Shown here piece by piece: positions 1 through 13,196 of a stretch of DNA of 41,114 nt. This DNA is from Halocafeteria seosinensis (lineage: Eukaryota): positions 1 to 41,114 of the forward strand of contig LVLI01000588.1 in the NCBI GenBank assembly GCA_001687465.1. Direction: 5' to 3'. The position numbers were made by a program, and so were the translations under genes. Numbering within the stretch: position 1 is the stretch's first letter; each line of letters opens with the position of its first letter. The notes under the pieces are model-generated. The model was not told the DNA's origin. It saw only the letters and a program-made list of their open reading frames with translations, and did no database searches.

Positions 1-599
1 GTTTGGAAGGGGACGAATGCACGCAGAGTACCATTGCAATACACATGTGCATACACATGGACAGGGGGTGTTTTTTGCAGTGATTAAGGAACATGATTTC
101 GGAATGGAGCAACAACGATTGTATGAAAAATGACAAGGGTTCAGAGGATTCCAAGTTACAGTCTTCCCGGATGAAACTGGCCATGCCCCTTGAAGGCAGA
201 GCCATCTGTTAAAATAGGAACTATACATGTTCCTCACTACGTATATTACCAAATAGCACAAACTTCTTGTGATGAGATATACATTTTCGATGGATAATAT
301 TTGGTTACGCTCCAAGCGGGGAGGGTTCACCCCCCTTCTCTAAATCCTAAACCCGGAAATTGGGGCATGAAGTAAGAGGGAAAAGTTTTCCGTAGTTCAA
401 GAAATAAACGTACTTGGATCGATGCCGTCAAACAATATGTATATTTACCAGTTGTATTAGTCAATTACACCAGCTTCGTGTCGGCTACAAAACTCAATAC
501 TACCTGCAGTAATACAAAATATACTCCATAATACTGACGGTACTAAGGGAACCTCTGGAAACTTCATATTCCTTCAGAGTCTGCTACTGTTTTAAAGCC

Positions 600-1909
600 A
601 TGAAGTCCTTACTACAGATATATCTGCAAGCATGGCTGCAGTATCACCAGAGCGGGATAGATAGCGGGTACAACAAGTCTCCTGACACTCATTTGCCAAC
701 TGTTGTAGAGTATTGGTGTGCGGTAGCTATGGCTATACCGCACTCTGCTACTGAACACAATCGGAAGCGAAGTTGCCTCAATTCCGATGGCGTTCGAAGG
801 TGGATCTACGAGTTATCGTGGCCACAGTGCTGCTGGACTGTAGACAGCATGGAACTCCAGAATCTCCAGAGCTTTGGAAATCCCTTTCTAAACTTCTCCG
901 GGCATATCCAAGTGAACGCACAGGACGTAAAAAATGTTAGAATGGACATAGTGGGTCCCAATCTTCCCCCAGTTAAGTCAGTCAAAGTGACCGGCGGTAA
1001 TTGCGTTCTTCCCGATTCGTTTTTTAGAGTCGTCGGACATCTTAGGGATTTGACGTCACTCATTGTAAGAAAGTCGGTGGTTACGGATTCTACCTTCAAA
1101 CATTTGTCCAACCTGGAGTCGTTAGATATGTCTGGTTGCAATGAACCAATGATTACGGACTCTGCTTTCCGACACTTGGGCGACTTGCGGTCACTGAATA
1201 TGACTTTCTGCAATCAGTCATCGATTACGGATTCTGCTTTCCGACACTTGGCCAACTTGCGGTCACTGAATATGAGCTGGTGCCAGCAATCAACGATTAC
1301 GGATTCTGCTTTCCAGCACTTGTTCAACTTGCGGTCACTGAATATGAGCGGCTGCAATCAATCATTGATTACGGATTTTGCTTTGCAGCACTTGGTCAAC
1401 TTGCGGTCACTGAATATGCAGGCATGCAATCAATCAACGATTACGGACTCTGCTTTCAAGCATTTGGCCAACTTGCGGTCACTGAATATGCAGGCATGCA
1501 ATCAATCAACAATTACGGACTCTGCCTTCCAACACTTGACCAACTTGCTGTCACTGAACATGAGTTTTTGCCAACAATCATCGATTACGGACTCTGCTTT
1601 CCAGCACTTGCCCAAATTGACAGCGCTGGATATACATTTCTGCAATCAATCAACGATTACATACTCTGCTTTCCTACACTTGGCCAACTTACGGCATAGA
1701 ATTTGAGCGGCTGCAATCAACCACCGATCACGAACTCTGCCTTCCAACATTTGTCCAAAGTGGAATTGTTAGATATGTCTGACTGCAATCAATCAACGAT
1801 TACGGGGTATGCTTTCAAGTGCTTGGTAAAATTGAAATCACTGGATCTTCTGCGATCAATCAACGATTACGGACTCTGCTTTCCGACACTTGTCCATTGC
1901 AGTTACTGA
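600..1909 (+). CDS. Leucine-rich repeat protein (24-aa cysteine-containing LRRs) with frameshifted 3' repeats; possibly a pseudogene
   Basis: ORF 600-1706 carries tandem ITDSAFxHLxNLRSLNMxxCNQS units. Repeats continue in ORF 1703-1909 after an apparent 1-nt deletion near 1695, with another indel near 1850. Confidence 0.85.
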
Positions 1910-1910
1910 A
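1075..1910 (+). repeat. 72-bp coding tandem repeat (~11-12 units)
   Basis: GATTACGGAYTCTGCTTTCC recurs at 1151, 1223, 1295 and onward with period 72. Confidence 0.9.
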
Positions 1911-1944
1911 TATGGAGCTCTGCTATCCATCAACGTCTGCGTTT

Positions 1945-2507
1945 GAACATTAACTGGGGTGCAGCGAGAAGCTCCGCTGTCTGCAGTGATGATACCAAGG
2001 CGGGGAATACAAGCGTATGTATGCTGATTCAGTGGGGTTCTTGCTCGCAACATCTCCGGCGTCCTCCACCATGTTCGAACTTCGCAGCGGGTTCATAAAC
2101 TCCCTTGAAAAATATATCCATTGAGAGCCCGTCTCTTTTGCCTACGATCGACACATCGATCCTGACGGACGACATCATACACGTTTTCCGCCTTCAAACG
2201 TTTGTTCAATTCATATCAACAACGAAATCCTGGAGTCGTTTAACCAACAACAGCCAGTCGACAACCACGTCAATTTTACATTCGAAAGTTTTCCCATTGG
2301 CACCGAAAGCGAATACATACAACCAAATGCAGTCGCTGCCTTCGTACATCAGGTCAGCTGTAGGATCAATCAATGGAAACGGACCGAGCCGGAGCAATCA
2401 GCTACACACAGCTACAGGATTAGCAAGGCGCAAACTCAAGCCGACCAGATCTCCTGGATTCCTCGTAACTTCTAGCACGGCCGTATCATACGGCCGTGAT
2501 TTCGAGT
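1945..2507 (+). mobile_element. Possible degenerate Helitron 3' remnant (Pif1-like helicase fragments plus terminal hairpin)
   Basis: Weak motif echoes across frames (IHINNEILESF; SLPSYIRSAVGSI; LHTATGLA), then a perfect hairpin CACGGCCGTAT-C-ATACGGCCGTG at 2476-2498 followed by ATTTCGAG|T, similar to the hairpin+CTRR|T Helitron end. Confidence 0.3.
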
Positions 2508-2848
2508 AACAGGCACACCTGCAAACGACCAACTGCATACGCAAGTCGAGAAAACGCTATACACGTACAATAAGCCAATCACTTATGATCATAAATACAT
2601 TTCAGCACTTAACCTCTACTGATACTCGACTTCAGTCGAATTGAATTGGTAATGCTACCCAAGTGACGAAAGTTAAGGCAAGGTTGGAGCTCGGCGTACG
2701 TAGCCGAATTCATCCTACCGTAAGTGTAGAGAATGATCGGTGCCTTACTACATTTCTTCTGTAACTCCAGTGGAAGCATGTGTGAATTTTTTGCACGATA
2801 CTAAAGAAACTAGTCTATAGTCCGTCCGTCCACAAGGCTCTCCTTTGC

Positions 2849-5800
2849 TTACAAAAATTCGTCATCGCTATCTTCATGCTCCTCTTGCTCAGTATGCTTG
2901 TGAGGCCGTCGAGCAAACTGCTGGAAGATCGCTAGAATTCCTTCGTCAGCAGATCCGCTCTTCTGATACCTGTTGAGCAATTCGTCGAACTTGTCTTGCC
3001 TCTGTACACGCAAATAAATGGTGACACAATATTCCGCACTTCCCTTGACACCATTGTTTGTATCTTGCAAACACCTTGCAAGTACAGGCAAAAAAGTTGA
3101 CAAGTTAGTTGCGGACCGTAAAATATTAGAATTTTTGTTCACCCGGGCTACAGACAGGACCGCAAGGCGCCGGACATCTTTCACACTTGATCGCATAGCC
3201 ATTAGTAAAAGCCTTTTAAGTTCTTCCTCACGAGCGATGACAGCATCGCGCAACTCAGCATTGTCCTCGTTCGCACCAGCCCACGACAAGATGACACCCA
3301 GCGTTGCTCCAGTAGCTTCTTGGACTACGTAGCTACCCGACCCCACAGCTGCGTGAAGACGGTCCAATATTCCCTGATTCAACAGATACACTAAATGCGA
3401 CGGATGACCTTGTTTGAACGCCATCCTAACACAATGAACTTGAGTATGCTGGTACCCTGAGGAGGGGGCCTCCTCTAGTAACCGCTCCAATATAACAGAA
3501 GCGTTTTCATCTGATGCATCCATGAAAGCTAGCATAGCCCCCAAAGACATGCCTACCAGTGTCCGTGTTAAATCATCTTCGTCCTCAAAGAACCTAAGGA
3601 GAAGGTCACGCGCTTTAGCTCTGAAGGAGCCACTAACTTTAGCCCCAGCGTTCCGAATCACTTTGAAAAGTGCCTCCAGCATAGCATCTTTTATCCCACC
3701 AACAGCAGAAGTGATGTTATTACACAGCTCATTTATTAGAGGATCAACCCGAGGAGCCAGATGCATTAATTGACCCAGGGCTCCAGCGCTCTCAGACCTC
3801 ACCGTTTTGTTCGCATCATTCAGAGTACGAACGAAGGTAGTCTGGAGCTGAGGAAGGAACGGCTTCAAAGCGACACCACCTTTTTCCATCACCAGCCGAA
3901 GGGTTTTCAAAATCTCCTGTTTGACAGATGCAGGGAACTTATCTCCAACTGTCCGAATTAGAGGGCCTGTGATTTTGATAAAGTACGGCTTTAGCGCATC
4001 TGCATTGGTGGAATTGACGACAATACCGAGCCCTCGAGCAGCAGTTTCTCTCGTCTGCGAGTCGCCATGCAAAAGAGCCTTTTGGTAAACAGGAAGAAGG
4101 GGCTCGATACCTTTCTTCATACTGAACCCCGGCATCTCAAACTCCCCATGGACATTTCGTTGGTCTGAAACGAGAAATCCCGCCCTATTCTTTGCTTCAG
4201 AAACCGCCGATGATATGCAATCATTTATGAACCTCATGTGGTTCACTAAACGATCAGGACCGCAAGCTGTGGCCAAGCTATTTAGGGAGTTCCATGCTTG
4301 CTGCAGTGTTTTCGGGTGAGATCCATCGGCCAGCGTGTAAAGCACCTCTTTCAGCAACATTGGCAGCAGGTCTTCGTAGTAGCTCACTTCCTTTCCAGCG
4401 CAAAACTCACCCAAAATCCATAAGCAAACCCATTTCCGATGCTGACCCTGCTCTTCTAGCTTTCCAACAAGCTCTCTAAGCAAGAGCTGTACACTTTCAG
4501 TATTCACAGAAAGCAGGGTGGAAGTAGCGTACCCTGCAAGGTCCGATTCTAATATGCTTTCAACGTCATCATCCGTAGGCTTCCCTTTGTGTTCAGCACA
4601 GAGAGTCTTAATAATGGCTGGGATGATATTTTTAAAGTGGTCTCTCAATACATCTCCACTAATTTCGGAGATCGCTGCTAAAGCTCTTAAATGATATTCT
4701 GACAGAGGTGCTACAGTGAGCCGTGGGACGAGATAATCTACCATTCCTTTGTCCTGTGACAGCATTTCTTTCAAACCACGCAGAGCCCGCGAAGACTTCT
4801 CCGCATCTGGATCGTTTATCTCGTCCAAAAGGTTGGGAATGGTTGACTGGACAATCTGGTCTCCAAGACGCTCATGCAGAGCACTGAATGCTTCAGCAGC
4901 CGCCTCCTGGACTTGGTATTTATCATGACTCAGGGCTGTCCGGATATGCGGGACTAGCGACAAGAAATACTCTTCAACACTCCTCTTAGTACTTGCACGA
5001 GCCAATTCACTTATCCCAAAACACACTCCTTGTATGGTTTTCATGTTGTTGCTTTCCAATCCCTCACTCAATAAAGGGACTATTTCTTTCAAAACTGTTT
5101 CCCCAATCTTTTTCATAACATCTCCTAAACATTTGCTCGCAATGATTCTATGGTCTTCTTCTTCGGAACACAGTAGTGCCAGGATCTTGTGCGTTAAGGG
5201 GGAAAGAATATCGTGCAGTGTCCTTGGTGGGTGGTTAACCAAATCTTTCCACTCCTTTACGGCGGCTTGACGAACAACATTACTAAGATCGAACCGGACG
5301 AGAAATAGCGATGATAAGCAGTCAGACAGTTCTTCCTCACCTATGTGTTCCGCAATCGTAGACAGAAATGAATCGCTTTCTCCAAAAGGTTTTGATATGT
5401 CGGCCTTGTAGTTGTCTTCCATGGTCGAGTTCGTATTTACAGCAGGGCCACTCGAGCCGGAGGCCTTGACCCCACCTACTCGTTGTAGCAACAATGATAG
5501 CAAAGTAATACAACTTTCTCGGATTCTCCAGTTTTTGTCAAAAAGACAATTTTTCAAAGTAGGCAAGATTTTCTCCGTGTCTGTCAGACAGTGCCGCTCG
5601 AGGATCATTTTTCCCGCTTGGAAAGCGACATCTCTAATATTTTCGCGGTCGTCGCTCATACCAGCTACAACGTTTGGAAGCACCGACTCTATATATCTTG
5701 AAAATTGCCCTTCTAAAGTGGATGGAAGAGACGCAAGCGTCCAAAAGTACCCTTCTTTAAGCAAGGGGGAGTCGCTGGTATTTAGCTTAAGTACATCGTT

Positions 5801-8800
5801 CAACCAATTCTCAAAGACACCGGAGCTTTGTGCCCAATAATACGCACACGAGGCTTGCGCCGCCCCCGAACGTTCAGCTACGGACGTTGAGCTTTGCATA
5901 GTCTCCCATAACCAAGTCGAAATTTCGTATTCTTCCATTGTCGAAAAGCCAATTCCCGAGGCCAGCGACCCCAGAGCGTTAGCGGCAGAATGGCGGACAT
6001 CTGGGATAGGATCAATACAGACCTTTTTAAGGACTGGTATAATAAGTGGCAAATAAGGAACAATATCTTCAGGATTGGAAACTAGTGAAGAGATGTTGCT
6101 CACAAGAACACATGCCTTCCGTTTTGTTGCAGCGCTCCTTTCGCGCAAGCCGCGTCGAATGACTGGCATAACCAGTGCCAGCGACGCGGGATCAATGGCA
6201 TGACTGAAGGCCGACTCACTGAGGGAGCTTAAGCAGTCATTTGTGGCTTCAGAGGGGTTAGCAAGAGCGTTGATCAGCTTCGGTACAAGCTGCGCAATCT
6301 CAGGATTCTGAATTACTTCACCTATGTCGCTCAATGCGCGTCGGCAAGCACTCTGCACTTTAGGATGAGTGTCAGTGAAGCTCTCAATTAATCTAGGAAC
6401 TATTTGAGGAAGTGCCTTTGACAGTTGTTTTGGAGCGCAATAAGCCATATTCCCCAAAAGAGTTAGAGAAGCTCGCTTGCTCCTCCATTCCACGTCTTGT
6501 GTACCTTTAAGCAAACTTGGTAAAACTAGCTTAACTCCATGGCTAGTCAGGTTTCCCATAATTACTTTGGAGGCTTCCTCTGCCACATCTCGCACTTGTT
6601 CCTTGTCATCACTATAAGCCTTGAGAAGCAACGGAACGATTCGCACAATGTACGGTTCAAAAAGCATCTTCAGGGTGTCAAAAAGACATTCAAATGAAAC
6701 AATCGCCCCTTCGCGGGCTGCCACAGTCCTGTCTTGGGCCGCTTCTTCTAAGGTAGATATAATGTCCATGGAGCGCAATACCGATATTCCCGCACCCTTT
6801 ACGCACCCAGCGAGAGCATATGCAGCACCTCGTCTTTCGCCGTATGTTTCCGCCCCGGTGATCACTGCCAAGATATTAGAGAAAGTTGAATGCATTTCCG
6901 ATTTCTGCTTTTTGACTAAAGGGGGAAGACACCGTGCAACTGATCGTTGCACAGGCTCGGAAGGTGTGTTCCGGGAAGCGTCCACGAGTGTGTGAATAGC
7001 ATATAGAACCTTAGCGTCAGTATCTTCCAAATGTTTCGCTGCAGCGCCCAGCATAAGGACCGTTCCCTCTCGCTGAAAGTCAAATGAGCTCTCATCTTTG
7101 GCAGCAATATCTGATTGATGCCCATGCGCCATGAAATCTTCAACGAACCTCATAATATCTTCACACTGAGATTGGCCGTACATATCTACTAAGTTCAAGC
7201 AAGTATCCAACGCCGTCAGTCGCACATCAGAGTTCATATCGGCTAGGCCTCTTTGCACAAGGAACTTTAAGACCACTAACAGTTGGTTACGCTCAAGGAC
7301 TTGTTTTCTGCACATAGAATCAAAGCAGGCCAAAACGGAACACCGTTTCCAAACCTGTTCGTGAGAAATGTCTGGACCATCATCTTCACCTTCTTCAAAG
7401 GCCGACTTTAGATCCGCTAATGTATTAGGGATTTGGTCTCTATGAACGAGTAAAAATCCGGCAATTGCATCACCAATGAGAGTCCGCGGGGCATTATCTG
7501 AAGCACCAATGTATTGCTTTAAAATTTGCCAGCTTGAACGAGGGAGAGAAAGGTTGTATTGTTCCCAGAATCTTTCGGCACGTTCCTTAAGAGATTCTTC
7601 TGGGTCGAAGCGCGACATAAAGAGACGAACAAGCACCAGTACCGCGGCTTTCCAAATTTCTTCGGTACCAGAAGAAACTTCGCCACTACAAACAGCTGTG
7701 ATACTCTCTTCGTACGTCTCATGAACTTTCTCCAAGCATCCCTGTATCACAATTCTTACATCAGATACTTTAGAAATGCTTCGTAAACTTATTAGAACCG
7801 GATACAATTCCGCCGGCAAAATGACACCTTCCGATGCACTTGAAGGGGCGACCTTGCAAAGTGATTCTAAAAGCTCGCTGGGTGAAGGCTCTAACATTAG
7901 TTTGTCCGCAGTTAAAGAAAGGAGGACACTGAATATTTGGCATCGCGCTGCCAGATAACGGAAAAAGGTGGCCATATCTGCAGTCACTGAACATTGCTTG
8001 ACCATTCCTTGGGAGGCCACGCCCTGGTCTGTGGTTCCAATATGAGTGATACACTGCAAAATACCAGTTGCAGTTCTGCAATTTTGGATATCGACGAGGT
8101 CACCAATATCGGGAGACCACACGATATCGAAACCGTGTGCCACAGGATCTGCCATGGCATCCTCTCCTTTCAATTGTCTGTGACCGCAACTGAGACCGAG
8201 GCGTGGAGTGAGATCCCTTGCCGAACCGATTTGCTCACTCAGCATGCGATAAGCCACACCTCTGTAGTCGGACAACGGAAAAGAACTTACATATGAAAGA
8301 ATTATTGGTACGCATATGCTGCCCGTAGCTTCTCGAAATGTGTAAGAAACAATTTGTGAAAGAAAAGGAAAGCATTTTTCAATGGCTTGTTGGATATCAT
8401 CAGCTTCTTCCGGAAGAAAAACGTAAAACGCGGAAGGATCATTATCCTGTTGGAGTCTAGAAGGTGACTCCGTTGACGTAGCACCACCCATATTCGTATC
8501 GAACGATTGCAGCGCTGCATCCCGTAGTTCCTTCACTCGCTGCACAACCGCTCGGCAACGCTGATCTAAATTATACTCTGACATTTTCTGAATTGCCACA
8601 ATCACATCGTAAAATTTCTCCAGAGACTTTGGAAGGCGCAGATTATTTTTGCTCAACGCTTCATATAGTGTTTTCATAGACTGTCTTGCAGGCTCCATTC
8701 CAACAGAAGACTGCAGCAAGTGACAAAGGCGAGGAAACACAAGATCCATTAGGGTAGAGGACGCTCCTGGGTTGTGTCTAACGATAGTGTCAAGCGTCTC

Positions 8801-11800
8801 CAAAGAATTTGCGATCCTGTCATACATTAGCTGAACGTACACCCTAACGCTATCCTGATAATGCAACTTTGCCTTAAATTCTTCGGAGGACTGGGTGCTT
8901 GAAGAGCTTTCTTGGATAGGGGAAAATTCTTCCTCGGCATCGTCATCGCCGCCGAAACTCGATATCCCCAGACGTTGGGCTCTCTTCTTACCTACTCGGT
9001 TCTTCTTTATATTGCGGTTTCGTCGATATTCTATTTGCCTGCTTGAGGAAGCAATGTCCACAAGTTGCCCTTGGGGAGCCTGCCAAATGGATATCTCGTT
9101 CAATGTAGATCCTCCGATACCGCAAGCAATGGAGGGAGGGGAAATGTCATCTGTAAGCTTACGGCTCTTGAAAACCGAGCGGGCCGCACAAGTTACGTCT
9201 GTGAGTTCATCTTGCAACAACGAATCCAATTGGCGGAAGATCCAAGGTAGAATTTTGCAAAATACAATGTGTCTCCCACCAGTTCCGGTAAAGCTGTCTT
9301 GAGAGCCGCAAAGTTCACGCGCAAAAGGAAATACCCCAGATGCCAATGACGACAAAAGACCCTGGGAAGCCTGTCGAAATAGTCTGTTCGGACTTAGAAC
9401 ACCACTGGTACTCATAAGCCAGCTTGTAAATGCATTCATGGTATGTCCGCGCTGAAGCAGCAAGTCTAACCCTGACGGTTCAATGCACACCGAACTATTG
9501 GAACCAGAGGACTGACTCTTGGTTAGCTGAAGCGTATCCTTTTTTGCCTCAACTGACGACGCTAACAAATTTGCAGGCTCCGTCGTCGATGGAAAATCAT
9601 GCAATTCACAGAGCTTCATGTAAATATTCCTCCAGTTGTTCCAGGCTATTCTGTACGAGCCGCTAACGAAAGGATGATGCACCAGTAAAGCAAGAACGGG
9701 TAGAAAATCCACACAGGCCGGCGGCTCACACAACTCTTCCTTATGTTTACTCCTAACGAATCGGGCATTCTCTCCAACAAATACATCCCCTATGTTCCAC
9801 TCACAAGAAGTCACAAAACGAAGTGGGCTGGCATATTGCATCAACTGTCGCCCTTGTTGAGGAGAGGGGAAGGCACTCGTTATCGAAAAGAGCATGGCCA
9901 GTGCCTCCACGAAGTTCTCCTGGGAAATACTACCGTAGCCTTGAAAATGTTGTCCGAGCCGTTGCCCCCGACTATTCGATGCTGAAGAATGCTCAGAGTC
10001 AACAGGTTTACCACTTAACATAACGTGATACTGCTCACGACGGAGGTCGAGGCTCACCTCAGCAGAAGGCGAAATGAGACAGTTTGAGCTTGGTAAAAGG
10101 GCTGAGGACCTTCCAGTCATCGATTTAACAGCATCGCGTTCTTCGGCAACCATCTTTTCAGAAGCTCTAAACACAATCTTCGCCATCGCATGCAGAAGAC
10201 ACGTAAATACAGGAGCGATAGACGAGACAACATGACGAATTTTGTGCAGAGTAATTTCCCGGATCATCCAGTTAGGATGGCAGATCAAATGAGTGAGAGC
10301 AGTAAAGACTGGCGCGGTCTCCTCTGCCAGATTGGCACCACTGTTGACATTTTCCAGCGCATATCCCACGGAGTTTTTTGAACTTCTGGTATTTATCTTC
10401 TTGTCAGTTGAAAAGTCTACCAGCTCCTTCAGGCCAGAGGCATCGTACAAACCGTCACTACCGATACAATTCTTCCCACTCAAATCGGATTCAATCTTTG
10501 ATACCGCACCATCGTCCAAACAATTGACCCTAGAGTTCTTCTGAGCCTTCTTCGAGAGCTCCAACGCAGTACCAAAGATGCTAGCTATTGCAGCAGCACG
10601 GGAGAGCGTGTCGGTAGCATCTTCATCAACGGTGAACAAACATTGAGAGACCAAGGCGCATTTGTTACTACACAACAGCGCTGGTAAATTAATCCCTAGA
10701 GACCCATTCTCCCCTTTGTCAGATTTCGAAGGACCTTTGCTTTCAGCGACCGCAGTCTTCTTTTTTCCTTGAGATTTCGCAGCAACTTGAAGTGCTGGTG
10801 GAAGTGGTTTGCCACCCTTTCCACCTTTACCTCTTGCAGGAAGAGGAGCCCGTACACCTTCACCGGCACCAGCTCTGCCTGAGGCGCCGGCGGTGGGCGA
10901 CTGCTTGGATGCAATCGCGCTGGAGCCATCTAGAAGCATTCTCCGAGCCTCTTCGGATTCCTCAGATAGATTTGCTAGCACTGCCACTGACTGAATGCTG
11001 GCATCTATGGCTAGCTGATATCGAAAAGATGCCTCAGAAGCATCAAAGTTCAATAATTTCTCCGCCTGCTGCCGGAGTGGCGATAAAAAGTTATCCTTAA
11101 TATGGGCACGCAGCTGTGGCACTTCAGACGCCATGCGCAGGCATTCAAGAGAGCCAATCAATTGCGTTCGATCAGCTGCTGATGCTTGGTCGGCAGTCAT
11201 TTTTTGTGCGTTTTGCAAGCACTTAGAGAACCAGGTGTTAACTGTCGATGGTAACTTCCCACATAAAGACATCCCTTTACCCAAAGCTCTAGTTGCTGCA
11301 CGGATAACGTCTGTATTTGACTCTGTTGGGATGTACGCGACCAAACTTTCGAGCATGCTCCCAATGGATACGCCTTCTTCATCAGGGACATATATTCTTT
11401 CATTCTTTTGCAGCCCATGAAATGTCGCATGTAAGAGGCCTATGACACAAAGGCGTTGGCTCCATTTCGGTACCTTTGCCTTTTGATTGACAAGATATGT
11501 CTTGATTGTATCGCCAACAGCATTGGGAATACTTGTATCCGAAGAGCGTACGCACATCGTCTCAAATAGGGAAACGCAGCCCTCTTGCTGTTTCTGATCA
11601 AAGCCCGGAAGCTCATGAAGCAGGTCCCGAATTAGGCTACCAGGAAGTAGGTTCTCCGGAGCAAAAGAAGAAGCATGCATCAACTGGGTTAGAGCAAACA
11701 GTCTATTCACGGTAGACTCTACATCGGCGCAAGCCTCTGCGACAACGGAAGAAACTGTAGCCTCGTCCGCATAGCCTACAACGGATGCTAACAGGAAACG

Positions 11801-12706
11801 GTGTCCTCCTAGTTGGGGATAGTGTAAATGGGCGCGGACGGCTCGTCCGGCAAACTCCCTCCTGCTAGAGCGCCAAATTCGAGTGATGGTGGAGTCCCCC
11901 TGGCTCTCAATTTTTTGGAAACAGTTACTAATGGTTCCCACAGGACAAGCATCCTCGTTGAGAATTTCCTTGGAAAACATATGTTCAGCAATGGAGTTCG
12001 AAGCACGTAATAAAGGGAAGAGGTTAGACACGGACTTTTTCACCAATCCAGGAGCGTACCGCTCAACCCTCCAGCATATCTTCATCTGTGAAAAACAGTA
12101 CCGACGAAGTAACAAACACCACATGAATATAGCCATTTATTTCATGAGCGTCGCCGAGGTTTCGCTGAGAGAACATACCAACTGTAAGACCAAGGATTTC
12201 AGTGGAGCCGTAGTCGGACTGGTATCCCCACTACATGCCGATGCTAAGAAGTAACAGAGACTGCCCTGAAGGAACAACCATTCATGTCCGGCGGTGGTAT
12301 TGGTTTCGTTCTTCCGTAGAACTGCAGTGGCCATGAAGCCAAATTCACCCACTGACGGTTTTCTACTATTGCCACCACCGACGAACATTCACTAACCTTT
12401 ATCCATCCATGATTCCAGAGCCCTGTGACTGGGTTCTCCACACTTGCCCAATTCCGCCATCACGTTTCGCACAGACTGTTTATAGCCATTGTGAAAGAAT
12501 CCATACCGGGAGTAAAATAGAAAGGAATTTATCCTCTCATAATGCTCCTGAGTGGCTATGGAGGCGATAGAATCCTTGTTGTCCTTGATGTATTGTCTGA
12601 GTTCTTCCACGACAACTCGCCGTTTCGGGGCGCTTGAGCGCGCTTTGGGCTCTTCGAACAAGTCCTCGAACTCATCCAATCGCTCATTGAGCGCTAAGTC
12701 TGTCAT
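2849..12706 (-). CDS. GCN1: GCN1, eIF2-alpha kinase GCN2 activator (HEAT-repeat), ~3229 aa
   Basis: GCN1 motifs TPSEPVQRSVARCLPPL, ERRGAAYALAGCVKGAG, WRSKRAS...LGNMAYCAPKQLS, IKITGPLIRTVGDKF, LKPFLPQLQTTF. Inferred exons 12706-12397, 12321-12179 and 12085-2849 join in frame through GT-AG introns. Confidence 0.95.
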
Positions 12707-13196
12707 CTTTGACTGAATGTTGACGTGTATATCACCTGGAGAATTTGTGTAGTTTGTGAAAGCTCCACCAACTCCACGTCAACGGCGCTCACGTATTTGT
12801 CTATTCCCCGATGTAATATAGATAGACTACTCTGCGATTTCAGAGTAGTGAAAGGGTCTATTCACCAAGTAAATTGCGTAAAAATGAGTCTATAAGCCCT
12901 CGAAACACGAGCATTGTGTCAGTGTGGGGGCTTCTATCCTGTCCTGGGCGACAAACTTTTGTTGGACTTGAGTCAATTCAAGCAATCTTTCCGTCGAGTG
13001 AAAGAGCAAATTCAAAAAATAAAGGAGACTGCCTTGTTTAGAGCCATCATGGAGGTGAATGCAGGTACTCTTTGGATCAGTTTGATGGTTTCCTATCTTC
13101 GTTATCGTCTAATTTATCCCGATACTTGAAAGCGTCAGGGAATTGCGTGGTCTGAGCTCGTTAAAATCGGTTGTATCCAAGGGCCACGCCAGGAGA

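Noticed and set aside
1280..1699. Alternative-frame repetitive ORF in the LRR gene
   Set aside because: By-product of the 72-bp tandem repeat.
3018..12254. Many plus-strand ORFs inside GCN1
   Set aside because: Antisense shadows of a long coding sequence with no recognisable motifs.
12914..13129. ORF upstream of LIN9 as an extra exon
   Set aside because: No in-frame splice to LIN9 was found; probably promoter or UTR sequence.
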